Part shown: piece after piece, positions 12,720 to 61,810 of the stretch
Layout of the letters: each line of letters begins with the position of its first letter
Position numbering within the stretch: position 1 is the first letter of the stretch
Assembly (NCBI GenBank): GCA_002633005.1
Contig: NMRA01000174.1
Coordinates: 332,030 to 396,029, forward strand
Origin: Phoronis australis
Lineage: Eukaryota; Animalia; Phoronida
Reading direction: 5' to 3'
DNA: 64,000 bases
Position numbers and translations under genes: made by a program
Notes under the pieces: model-generated
What the model saw: the letters and a program-made list of their open reading frames with translations, nothing else
Database searches by the model: none
Told to the model about the DNA's origin: nothing

Positions 12720-12916
12720 CCGATCCAATATTAGGGGCGTGTCTAATTTTTGCCGCGGAACCTTCGAAGAAAGGTCAATAGTTGTGATTGGTCAACTACA
12801 GGTGACCTTGTGACGTAATGTCATAGCTTCTGAAACGATATCGTCGTCGAAATTTACTGTAAGTCAGCTGGTGGAAAATATCTCAAATCATCTGCGTCAT
12901 CCTACTACAAATTAAG
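12720..12916 (+). promoter_or_regulatory. Probable SIN3 core promoter and non-coding first exon
   Basis: CpG-richer segment with CCAAT (12725), GC box GGGGCGTGTC (12734), ATTGG (12787) and CRE-like TGACGTAA (12811), then donor AAG|GTAAAC at 12917. YY1-like AAGATGGCG near 13453. The next acceptor, at 14665, precedes the ATG exon. Confidence 0.55.
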
Positions 12917-14696
12917 GTAAACAGTCGAGTAACTGCTCCAGTAGTATAATGCAACACTTTCAAAGAATTATTTCAGTTATTTTTCAAATTACGTGCTTTT
13001 GGTTTTGAATTTTGTGATTCCGATCGAAAGGTTTCTTTACTGTGTTCGTTCTGTTACTTGGCACCCCCACGTCGCTCTTCATATTTATTCCATCTGATTT
13101 CATCGTTTCCTCGTAACCGATGCCAGACTAACGCATTTTTATGGTAACCAAACATATTTATAGTTTAAAGATGATATCACATTTTTATGTTGTCTTTAAA
13201 GCTTGAAATTGGTAGGTTTTGATTTGATGCCAAATCTATTCTGTTAACATGGACTCTTCCATTTTTACCCAAATTCGAATGAAAACAAGGAATCAAATCA
13301 GACATCCTGCCTCACATTTTTTGTTGTACGTAGAGTTATCCTCAATTATGGCGATCACTGGTGTTCATCAACACATGAAATCATTAGTTTATAGCCTTAG
13401 TGGGGCGTTTTCTTCGGGGAATTACCTTGTTGGGAAATCCACCGGCCGAAAAAAGATGGCGCCTTACCTTCCCTGTCCGTCGCTAACGTTTTGCGAATAT
13501 TGCAAGACAGTTCTTCAACATTTTGCCACTCCAATCACACATATTTATATAGCAAGCAACGACGTATGATAGTTTTCCTTATTCATTGAAGATTGATGTG
13601 TATTTGTTGACTGAAATGTTGTTTGATGTGGGAACTAAAGAAAATGCTTCGGTGGCTGGACGAGTCCAATATTTAGCGAACGATCTTGGTGAACGTCGTA
13701 TTCTGTTTGTTTCATGAAATAGTAAAACAAATTTGAACCGAAACTTTAATCACGGAGATTACATTAAAGTTGTATAAAGGGCTGTCTTCCAGTTTGATTA
13801 GGTACGTGCTTAGTGAACTGGCAACTAGCATATTTTATTTGTTGTTTTCTCCAGTCGTCAGTCAGCCATTTTGAAATAGGCCTACACATTCGTGACCAGT
13901 TGACCTCATTTCATGTAGATGAAATACTGATGTGTGACTAAACAAAATGGATATGGACTTTGCTTCATTTACATCCTTCATCTCAACACTTTGTCAGACA
14001 GCATGAATTCTCATAGTGGCCACTCTTCCGTATTGTGTGATTGATTCGTAGTGAAATTTTCAGTTAAACAAAATATTGACATTGCCTTATTTTTTGCTCA
14101 TATTAGTAGTGAACTGACATCTTTTGTCTTCAAGTTGTAAATGTAAATAATTCTTTATTGTGGATTTGATCACTTTTCAATACTCTTCACTTCGGTACTG
14201 TGAAAGGTCCTGACAACACTGGTCACTAAACCTGAAAGGTAACCTCAGCTGTCAATGTCATTCTGTTGATTTGATTTCCTTGTTGACTGTCTAAAACTGT
14301 TGTGATGCTGTGTAACTTTCTGATGCTAATGTCAGTAGTGAGCCACATGAAGGGCCATCACTAAAACCCCCTGGAACTGACTATAAGATTTTTTTACGGT
14401 TTAGGTTCTTAATTTTACACGATTTCAATTTGTACTCATTAAGCTAGTTTAGTGATTGCTTCTGTCACCTGTAAATTGCAAATTGGATTTAGTCTTGTTT
14501 GAACCGGGTATGTTAGTCTTCACCTCATTGCCCTGTGCAACTCAAACATCGCCTGAGCATTTCAAAACAATTTGTGTGTAGTACAGCAATTCAAAAGTTG
14601 GTTTTTAAATGTATCAATGATATGGGGGTTTGTTTTGTTATAACCAAGTGTATTTTTTCCTGTAGTGGTTGCAGCGCTGCTGTCTAACGAGGTCAG

Positions 14697-37009
<22,313 letters not shown>

Positions 37010-38020
37010 GCTGGTCAACGGATGGCAACAGGGGTACTAGTGATATGTCACTGATCTCATAACAGGCGTCACTGGGGTTTTGCCCATCTCAGATTCACTA
37101 CAGAAATGTCCCGATTTTCACAGTTGTTAAAATTTGCGACTTATCGGTTTTGTGACTAAATAGATGAAAGCCTCGAAAAAGAGTCTAATATATTTGACAT
37201 TTGTCAAGTAAAATAGATGTGCATTTACACAGTTTGTATTTCCTTAAAAAGTGAGAAGTTGAAGTTGAGGGGTAACCATTGGTTTCACAATACTTCGTGC
37301 GACCAGTAATGGCTGCCTATGTTTGTGATGGGCTTTACCCAGTTGTGCCTGTTGTGGACACGGTCAAAGGTCAACTTATTCTTCCAGTGTACTATTTTGT
37401 ACAGTTTTAAATACTAAAAGCCGTTGTCGACGCTGTTATTTGTACAGATTCTGTTTGTGGATAGGTGCGCCGTCATGTGGATGAGAGACCTCATTTTGTA
37501 CATGTTATTTATCTAGTCTCTGCGACTACGCTTTGGTGTTGTTCTCTGGTTGTTTGTATTTTTTCTCAGACGCGTTATCGTTACACAGGCGTGTAATCGT
37601 TACTGAGGTTAAGAACAACGCTGATCAATGATATCCTATTCTGTGCTGAACTGCGGAATTGAATTGTGAATACCAAACTTTCTTTGTTTAAGGCGACACA
37701 TGCTGTTGTTGCAGCGTATGTAGGACTAACTTGTGAATGTACTGCATTGTGCTCTGTTGATAATGACCATCAGGTGTTCACGTAAATTTTTTATTCAATC
37801 AGTGGCTTATTTATTGCTGCATACTCTGTATTTTGAACATTTATTGGACAAAGTTGCTACCGGCTGTTGTAAATCGAATTTAGTATCTCAGATTCAACTG
37901 ATATTCTCGTGTTTGGAATTGTTTAAATTTAGACAACTTTGCTGAAATTTAGTTGGATGTGTTGGTAAAATGAATTATAATGTAAATAACTTGTATAACT
38001 TGTAAAAAGATTATTCTCAT

Positions 38021-38026
38021 AATAAA
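38021..38026 (+). terminator. Candidate SIN3 polyadenylation signal AATAAA
   Basis: Hexamer about 1 kb after the stop, at the end of a U/UGUA-rich UTR-like tract; Pumilio-type TGTAAATA at 37981. Confidence 0.55.
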
Positions 38027-38988
38027 CAATTTTATAGACATCTTTCTTGATAATGTATTTCCAAGTACTTGTCATTTTCTATACATCTACTTTCATTGGC
38101 TTAAGTCCTTGTGAAATCCGTAAGTGTTCATCAATATAGAACTCAGAGTGGCAGACGCATGGAATTTTATTCCTCCCAGAATTCCCCCGAGTACTACCAT
38201 GAGATACGGACATGCGCAAAGCGGACCATTTTTTCCACGGACTTATCTTCTAGAGGAAGACGTGTTTTTCCTTTGGAAGGTTTTTTCGCGCAAGTTACAC
38301 CGCGACCACGCTCAATTGCATAACTCTTTGCTAATGAGCATTTTCTTCTTATCAACTATATCATCATCTTGGAAGTTTTGGCCGACCGAGCTCACCGACT
38401 CTGTGTGACTCGACGGGCCACACAATGCCCGGTTTTACCGGCGCTGAGCATTACGACTCTCTATTGGCCTTATCGTATTTTCAGGCCTACCTGCTTTGGG
38501 GCTTCCGTGACTCGACACGGACCATGTGGAGTGGTTGATAGTTGTTCTATCCTCGTACGCTTAACTCTTTGCGTATTTAACACTCACATTTGGGCTTTTG
38601 GCACAGCGCACATGAGGCTCGCATGACTCATCAGTCAAGTATTTCTTTGTGTGCCTCACTGTACTGACACGTTACGTCATACCCACGCACAGCTGTACAT
38701 TGTTTACCACTTTGTACACGCCTTTGACCTTTGCACCGAATGTGCCCTCTTTGTGCTCGGCACTGTCGACGCCAGCGATCCTGACACTCTTTTGTTCGTC
38801 GGTTGCCATCGCTTCCCGGTTACACCCGGGTTTTTCGAGTTGCACTCGCTGCCCGCTCTAATCCCTGGGAACGCATCTTAGTCATTCACACATTATGCAG
38901 CGCGGGTTTTTACAGCCAATCCCGGCGCACTTGTGAGGTCACGTGCGGAGGTGGTTCGTTCCCACCAATCAGTTTCCACCCTCGGGTN

Positions 38989-39618
38989 TCAACCAAATCA
39001 TTCTAGGGATGGTTTTGAAAATTGGCGTATACGTATTCAGTGTGAAGAGGACGTTTGACAATGGTGTCCGACTACTGTGGTGCCTCCTAGTGGTAGTTTT
39101 GTTTTCGCCCATAGCTGTGTATCCAAAACCCACTACAGGATATTTATTAAATTTAGTAAGTAAATTTGTATGAAGATAACAGACGACGACCTTCAGGCGG
39201 ATCGAACATACGCTGCGCCCACATGTGGCAACTTTATTTTGTTCTGTTTTCCTTTGTTTCTCTAAGTTCCTTGACACATTTTTATGAAATATGGCATGTT
39301 GCCGTTTTTGGATGGATTATACGATCTTCATTAAATTTAGTAAGTGATTTTATATGAAGATAACAGACGACGACTTTTAGGCGGATCGAACGGACGCTGT
39401 ACCCACGTGGCAATTTCGTTTTGTTCTGTTTTCCTTCGTTTCTCTGAAGTTCCTCGACAGATTTTTATGAAATATGGCACGTTCCCATTTTTGGATGGAT
39501 TGTACGTTTTTGCGCCATCTAGTGGCCATTTTTATGATACAAATAAATAACCCTAAAAGCACACTATTTGTGATGAATTCGTGAGCGCATTTCAATGCTC
39601 CGCGTTGCTCTGGTTTTT
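38989..39618 (-). mobile_element. HINE/Helentron-like repeat, inverted relative of 60230-60720
   Basis: Reverse complement matches 60231 onward (AGAGCAAC..GGAGC.TTGAAATGCGC.CACGAAT); ~150-190 bp subunits. Confidence 0.75.
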
Positions 39619-40171
39619 AGATTGCAGTGTGGTCTTAAAGAACCTGTTGCTAACTACACATACAAAGATGTCCTATTATTACATGTATATGTGCATCTAG
39701 TGCTAGTGAGAACCTGTCTTGGTGTTGTTAAAACTAGATTTGCACTCTGGCAGTCTGGCGGTCATGTCTTGGGCTTTATTTCGTCCAGAGCAATATGAAA
39801 TCTAGGAAACTCATCTTGAATGATCTGCACATTTTCTCAGTTGTGCAAAAATCTGACACAAGAACTCTGTTGAAGAATCTATGCAAGAATAACCCTGCCA
39901 CAGAACTTAGAGTTGACCAAAAATAGATTTTACTGTAAGCAATTATTTTTGTGTGAAATCAGAGCCCAATTCTGACCATTATGTAGCGTAGTTGTACACT
40001 CACCAATAAAGTAATTTTTGGTAAAAAAATACATAATTTTGCAGTGAAGATTCATACAAGTTGCAAAATTAATTGGCAACAGGCGAGATAACCAACTGGG
40101 TCACAAGTGATATTCTCCAGTCACTTTTTTAACTTGTACACTAAGACAAAGGCATGACTGCGTGTAAACTC

Positions 40172-40177
40172 TTTATT
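40172..40177 (-). terminator. Candidate distal polyadenylation signal for Smad2/3 (would give a ~3.9 kb 3' UTR)
   Basis: TTTATT on the plus strand; other candidates lie nearer the stop (about 41385, 41752, 42383). Confidence 0.3.
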
Positions 40178-41469
40178 CTTTGTAGTACATAGGTTGTACT
40201 ACCTTGCACATTGTACCACTAACATGATAAATGCTCGTAAGATACATAACACAGACTTGTACTAACAGTAGTACCGTTTCTATGACAAACCTTCCACAAC
40301 TGTACTATGTAAAGTCAGTTGAATAATGAGTAAGCATGGATAAGTTTTGAGGACAATGGTGGTGTGGCGATACCTCTGTACCTCAGTGTACACTGACAAG
40401 TCTACACTGATGAGAAAACACCCAAAGAAAAAAATTTACCACATAATGACTGGCATCAAAATGTTAATCACAAGCGATATTTTTCACTGAAATACAAAAC
40501 TGGTCTAAAACTCACAGTCAAAGAACACCAGTGAAACGAACAGACAAAATGAGTCACAATTCATTTCAGGGTCGAGGCAATCTCAGCACGCCAAAGTAAA
40601 GCGTAGTTATGGGACAATTCCTTCATACTCACCAGCTAAAACACAAACAACCCAGGTTACCAAACTACACAAAATGTTGCACATTTCTATGTGCTATAAT
40701 AGAAAATGAATTCCACTCCTATACAGACCATCAAGGCATCAATCAGTAAGATAAATGGCAAAAGGCCCTTGCAAATGTGACTGCCCAACATTAATCGCTG
40801 GAAGTACTCTTTAATTTCTTTTGATGGTAGAAATAAAGGGCTCGCGACGTCAAAGAAATTTTAAGACCAGTTATTCCGTGTTAATCAGCCTACGTCTTGA
40901 TGTTTGTGTTTACACTGTGAGTAGAGAGGAAATGGCCCCTTGAAAATTGCGCGGGCATGTTATGAAGATACTTCAGATATTAGGTTCGGATACTCCCAGA
41001 GGTCCCCTCAATCGCTGGAACATGCCAATACTGAGGACCCACTTCAAGCTAAATAGTCCTGCACTACAGCAAGAACAAATTGTAGGGGGAAAGCCACACG
41101 ACACAACTGATATTTCAAAAGTGTTTGGAATACTCTCCCAGGTTTGAACAGCACCTGAGCAATCACCAGACAAAAAGCAAACATTCCTTAAAATGCGAAT
41201 GAAATGAACAAAAAACACGTTTAAAGCGGCAATAAACACGCTTTCCATCACAAATAACTTTTGATTTAGACCACTTGTCGTCATGAAAATGGTCTAGAAG
41301 TGTTCCTTAGTCAAATAAGAGATGATTTCAGAGCTTGAAAGGAACTTGCAGTTTGTTACTGTTGACTTGCCATAGTGTGTCATTTTATTGGCCACGCCTA
41401 GACTCGAGCAATAAGAAACTCCCAGCTCTTTGAAAGACAAACTTAATCTGAGAAAGCAACAAGTTGAAA

Positions 41470-41757
41470 ATAATAACCACAATGGACATGTTTCGGCATT
41501 TATGCAAACACCATCCTCAGAAGCAAAAAACAGTGGCCACCTTGCTAAGCCCAACAACAAGTAATGGCAACTGGCACACCACAGGTTGTCATTGTTAGTC
41601 TAGTCTGTTGTTACTCCCTGTACCCTGTAACTGGGTGTGCCTGTATATCACAACTTGTTGGTCCTAGCAAGGTGGCCACTGATTTTGCTTCTGCAGATGG
41701 TGTTTTAATGAACGCCAAAACATGTCAAGCCGGTTTAAAGCCATTGTGGTTTTTATT
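41470..41757. mobile_element. Penelope-type inverted repeat with hammerhead-ribozyme relics
   Basis: Arms about 41470-41560 and 41653-41757 are reverse complements; minus-strand CTGAGGA-t-GGTGTTT/AAATGCC-GAAA-CAT-GTC. Confidence 0.65.
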
Positions 41758-44055
41758 AATATAAGCTGCTACTTGCTATTACGGAGAACTAGTTGAAAGT
41801 AATTTATAGATGGACTGGTCTAAACAAACTGAAGTAATTCCTGCATCAGAACGTGGGTTTATAGCCATTACATTGTCCAAGGTTTAAATTTCATAAAAAC
41901 AAGTCAGGTGAACATTCATAGTAATACAGGGTCCAAATAACATGATTTGGGTAGAACGATTCAAGGTCTTGAATTTTGATGAAACCCCATTACTATGACA
42001 ATAAACTTTTCCCAAAAAGCAAAACATATCAAACACATAGACAAGAACCATGCCTTGCCGATATCATAATATAAAATACAAATAATTTCTCTCTCTAACA
42101 ACATAGCACTGATCTGTCACCATCTCAATGGAACATTACATTTCAGAAAAGTCAACCCCCTGCAGTTCTGTAAAGTAAAGCTCCCCCTGGCTACCATTAC
42201 CTAAAACTCTTAAAACAAATAGATCACACAACAAATACAAAGGCAAGACTAGTTTCAAAGGATTTCATGAAATGCCAGCCATCAGTTTTTACTCGTTTCG
42301 GTTAAGTTTGAAAACAGAAGCACAATAATACTGTGAATTTCTGATAACTAATTTCCACAGCATCTACTTGAAAGTTTCACTTTTTATTCTCTTTAGAACT
42401 CTAAAAGTACACTTCAGGAAGGGCTGCATTAATCAACAGAGAAGACAAAACACATACTTCACACAGTATGTTTTAAATTGGTGATAATCTGGCTCAAAAG
42501 AAAACTCTTGTGTGCTTCTATAGAAAGAATAACTTCTCAATCCGAAATGTTTGGACTTCCGTACAGAGTCTAAGCTACATAACACTGTCCATTGTGCAAT
42601 CTCATACAAAGATGAAATCCTTAGAATTCTTCAACTCTACCTAAAAAAAAACTAGTGAGCCCCCATTAATTTTTTTTGCCAATATTGGCCCATAGGCTAG
42701 CTCATGGGCGAGCCATTTCAGGGTGTGACATCAATCCAGTATCACCAAGACTTCACACAATACACTCCACACTCACTGTATAGAGACAACATACGGCAGA
42801 AGCCCATACAGCAGAACACCCCCATCATGTGGTCCGGTACCGTATCCAATAACATAGACACCAGTCTAACAGCAATGACAGAAGCTCACAAAGGATTACA
42901 TGAAAACCTGAATGCAATCTCATACTGTTAATGATTGGGAGCCCATTTTATAATAGCTCGTATGTGTAGTCAGAGCTAAGACAAACCTATCTTCAATTTT
43001 CACTGGCAAACGATTGATGTAGTTTATGAATGTGCATTTTCAAATTGAATGTGAACAATCACGTTCATGACAGTAGAGCATTGTCTTCGAAATAATGTGC
43101 CTACCATAGGCCGAGCTACGACTAATTGACGACACTAGATAAAACGGGCCCCTGATGCACACACGACCTTTCCACTCTTTAAAACAGAATAGATGTTTTT
43201 GACATGTTGTGTGCAATTTCAAGGAACATTCTTTAATTCTACTTTACAAAATGGCAAATGACGACAGGAATTACACATTCAAGAACAAGAAAATGCCTGT
43301 AATCTTTATAGTGGACACACTGTTATGGCCACTTCCAATGATTCACCACAATGTGGTGCCCTCTGTAGACATTGCCTCATCATTCAGTTGCTCTTCCAAC
43401 AATGGACCACAAAAGCTTTGACAGGCAGACTAAATAGCATATTAACTGACTTGTGTACTTTACAAACTATATATTGTTGCTCCATAAAATGCATGATATT
43501 AAAAGTACTTCAGAAGAACGCGACGCAGTCAATTAAATAAAGGTGCAAAATTCAATACTACTTTGAATAAATCCTTGGTGTTATGCGTAATCTTTGCCGC
43601 GTCTAACCTTGCTTCAAAGTGCTGCAGCTTGCCACGCGATACACGGCCAAGGCATTCCCTGCATATAATTCCAGAGATACATTATGACTGATACATCATC
43701 ACGTGAACACTTGTTGCCAATAGTAACAGTTCACCATTACTTCGTAGACATATTAGTAGAATAAAAAATTTCACAAATTCACCGACAAAGCACCTTCCTC
43801 GTATCCGTCTCGCCTCCAAACATGAAAGAACCTTAGTCGCACTTGGGCACACAACTCTGCTCCTCTCCAGCAGAATCTATCATGACTTTGATCAGTTTTA
43901 CACACCACCATGACACATGCTCAATCGCTGACCCCTGATTACAGGCGGACAACTTAACAACGTGTAACTGCGTCATTCAGTCACCCAAAAATGAGTAGCC
44001 AGTTGGTAATATGTTAAGTCTGGGCCTGGGCCAGAGTGTTTCGCTGACGAGACCC

Positions 44056-58745
<14,690 letters not shown>

Positions 58746-59649
58746 TCAAGGTATAACAATACACAGTTAACAGAAACTAAAACCTTAAAACCTGCCAGGT
58801 ATTTGAAAGTGTATGTTATGACCTACACATAAAAGACACTTAATACGCTTGATAGGGGAAGACACACATATTAGTACTGTTGCACTCATAATGAGGCGAA
58901 ATTTCGCACGTTCATGAATATTTCATTTGAAATCAAAGAGAATATACCACGATAACACTATGGGCACTGTTGCAAGAGTTTACTTATTATATTTAATGAG
59001 AACCATCAGCCTTGTTAATTAGCATAACATAACAGTCAAGGTCAAGGTTGTAATAGCAAAAACTGATGTAACAAAAAGGAATTAAGCAACAGGCTACAGG
59101 TAACCGTGGCATGACACACATACTCCATGCGAGGCCACTAAAATAGTAACAATAAGAGAATTAAAAACTCATAACATGAATTGTTGACAGCACCAATCTG
59201 TTTTTGTTTTTTTCTTACAAGAAACATACAAGGACCATTTGTCACATTTGCATAACAGTTGCAACAGAAACAGAAACAGAAATGAAGTTCAAAGCACTGT
59301 CTAGACTTGTACAACATAGTAAAATGCTCTAAGAAGATAGCTTGCACAACCAGAGTATAACTGAACCAAATGTAAAAATTAATAAAGTTTTTCTTTTGAA
59401 TAAAAAGTTAATTCAAGGAATGGATACATTTTAGTTAGTTACTATAACGAAAGCTGCATGAAGTTAGTTAAATTACGTCTTCAAACAGAAATAAATCTTA
59501 TACATACAAGACACAGATGAGCATGACAATATCAAAAATCTCGTTAATTACATTTACATTTTAAAGTTCCACATTTAGCCTCCTTATGTGACGGTACATA
59601 GGTTTAGACTAGCAAAAAGATATTGAGACTTAAAGGTATACTTCAGAGG

Positions 59650-61810
59650 TTAAACGAGAGCAACATTGGTGCAATGACATGAGCCCACGGTGCATCGCAA
59701 ACAATATTTCTAGGAGCCATTGGGAGGTGCTGAAATCATACCTCCGAGTCAAGTATCATTGAAATCCGTCAAGCAGTTCTTTATATAGCATCCGATTCTG
59801 AAAACGCTCTTCCCACAAATGGCCACTAGGCAGAGCTGCAGTGGTCAAATGCACATTGTCATCATACATTTATGTCTTTAGTTTCATTGAAATCTGTCAA
59901 TTGGTTCTCTAGATATCAACCGAATATGCTCTTCCCCCAAACAAAACTTGAAAATCTCCTGATTGAGAACAAAATGATTACCAGGAGGTTATGCAGAGGT
60001 TGAATCTGCCAGAAAATTTGATGGTGCTAGTGCATTGACATCACATACCTCTGTGTCAAGTTTCATTAAAATCCGTTGATCGGGTGACTAAAGGAGCTGC
60101 AGTGGTCGAATCTGCCCAAAAATCAAATGGTACCAGCGCAATGTCATCATATACCTCTGTATTAAATTCATTGAAATCTGTTAATTGGTTCTCTAGATAT
60201 CATCCGACATCGATCATTCCCCAAACAAGAAAACACAAGAGCAACATGGAGCTTTGAAATGCGCCCACGAATGCACCACAACGGTGTGCTTCTGGGGTTG
60301 TTTATTAGTATCATAAAAATGGCCCCTAGATGGCGCAAAATACATCAAATGAATCCGAAATCAGGAACATGTCATCGTTTCTTTAATAGAGAGCTATTTA
60401 ACAAATTTCATGAAAATCTGTCTAGGAACTTCAGAGAAACAAAGGAAAGCAGAAAAAAAATGAAATTGCCCCTAGGGGGCCCAGCATTCGACGCATCCGT
60501 CTGAAAATTGTCGTCTGTTAACTTCATATCTTAAATACACTTTCTAAAATTAATAAAGATCCTGCAAGGGGTTTAGGAGACACAGCTATGTGTGCAAAAC
60601 AAAACTGTCAATAGGAGGCACAGCAGTAGTCATGTTGTCATCGTCATCAGTCCTCTTCACAACGAGAACAAAAGCCCATTTTCAAAATCATGTTTAGAAT
60701 GGTTTGGTTAATAGAGGGGTGAACGCCAAAAATTACACTCGAACAAGTAAATATGGCCACTAGGTGATGCAAAATACTTCGAATCCACTCAAAAATGGAA
60801 GGATAGCGAAATCTCACCAATAGTTGTCTATATTCCAAATTTTATGAAAATCCGTTGAGAATGTTTGACGATAGAGGTAAACGTAAAAAAACTACAAACT
60901 ACAATTGCAACTAGGGGGTACACCGGTAGTCAGATCCATCTGAAAGACGTCGTTGTCCGTTGTAAACTTCATACAAATACACTTGCTAAATTTAGTAAAG
61001 ATCTTGCAGAGGGTTTGGGAGATACAGCAATGGGCGCAAAACAAAACTGCCACTAGGAGGCACCACTGTAGTAGAAGTCGTCTGAAAATCATCGTCAGCT
61101 GTCCTCTTTATACTAAGAACATACATGCAAATTTTCACAATCATCCTTAGAGCGGTTTGGTTGATAGAGGGGCAGAAGCCAAAAAAGAAACTCAAAAAGT
61201 GTATAAATGGCCACTAGGTGGTGCAAAATACCTCGAATCAATCCGAAAACGGGAGGATAGCGTCATCTTACTAATAGATGCCTACATGCCAAATTTTATG
61301 AAAATTCGTTGACGATCTTCGAAGATACAAAAGTAAACGTAAAATTGCCACTGGAGGGCACACTGGTAGTCGGATCCGTCTGAAAGTTCGCTCATGCCGT
61401 CCCATCCATGAAAGGAACACAGGTGCAAAATTTCAAGAACATACATCAACGGATTTTGGAGACGTGGATGATGGCATAATGCGTCCACATATAAATATGT
61501 GGGTGTATACAAATGGCCACTAGGAGGTGCTGCAGTGGTTGAATCCGCCAGCAATGGTGCCCTCGCATTGATGTCACATACCTCTGCATAGAATTTCATT
61601 GAAATTCGTCAATTCGCTCTCTAAATAACATCTGGAAACAATCATCCCGCAAAAGTCACGCTTCCTGACCAAAAGGATGTAGGGCAGCCTGAAAAGTGGC
61701 ACGAACCGTTCTAGTGATGCCCTCCACCCTTCTGTCAAATTTCATCAAAATCAGACAGGTGCTTTCGAGATATCAAGCGGACAACCAGACAACCAAACCA
61801 CTATACACTC
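59650..61810 (+). repeat. Array of ~150-bp diverged monomers (HINE/Helentron-like core repeats) with ABC higher-order structure
   Basis: Recurrent AAATTT(C/T)AT(T)GAAA.TC and GCCACTAGG.GG.GC motifs; GACAACCA-type microsatellite at the right end. Confidence 0.75.

Noticed and set aside
40182-40204. let-7-like words (TAGGTTGTA, CTACCT) in an 8-bp hairpin
   Set aside because: Too short for a pre-miRNA, and no seed match on the Smad mRNA strand.
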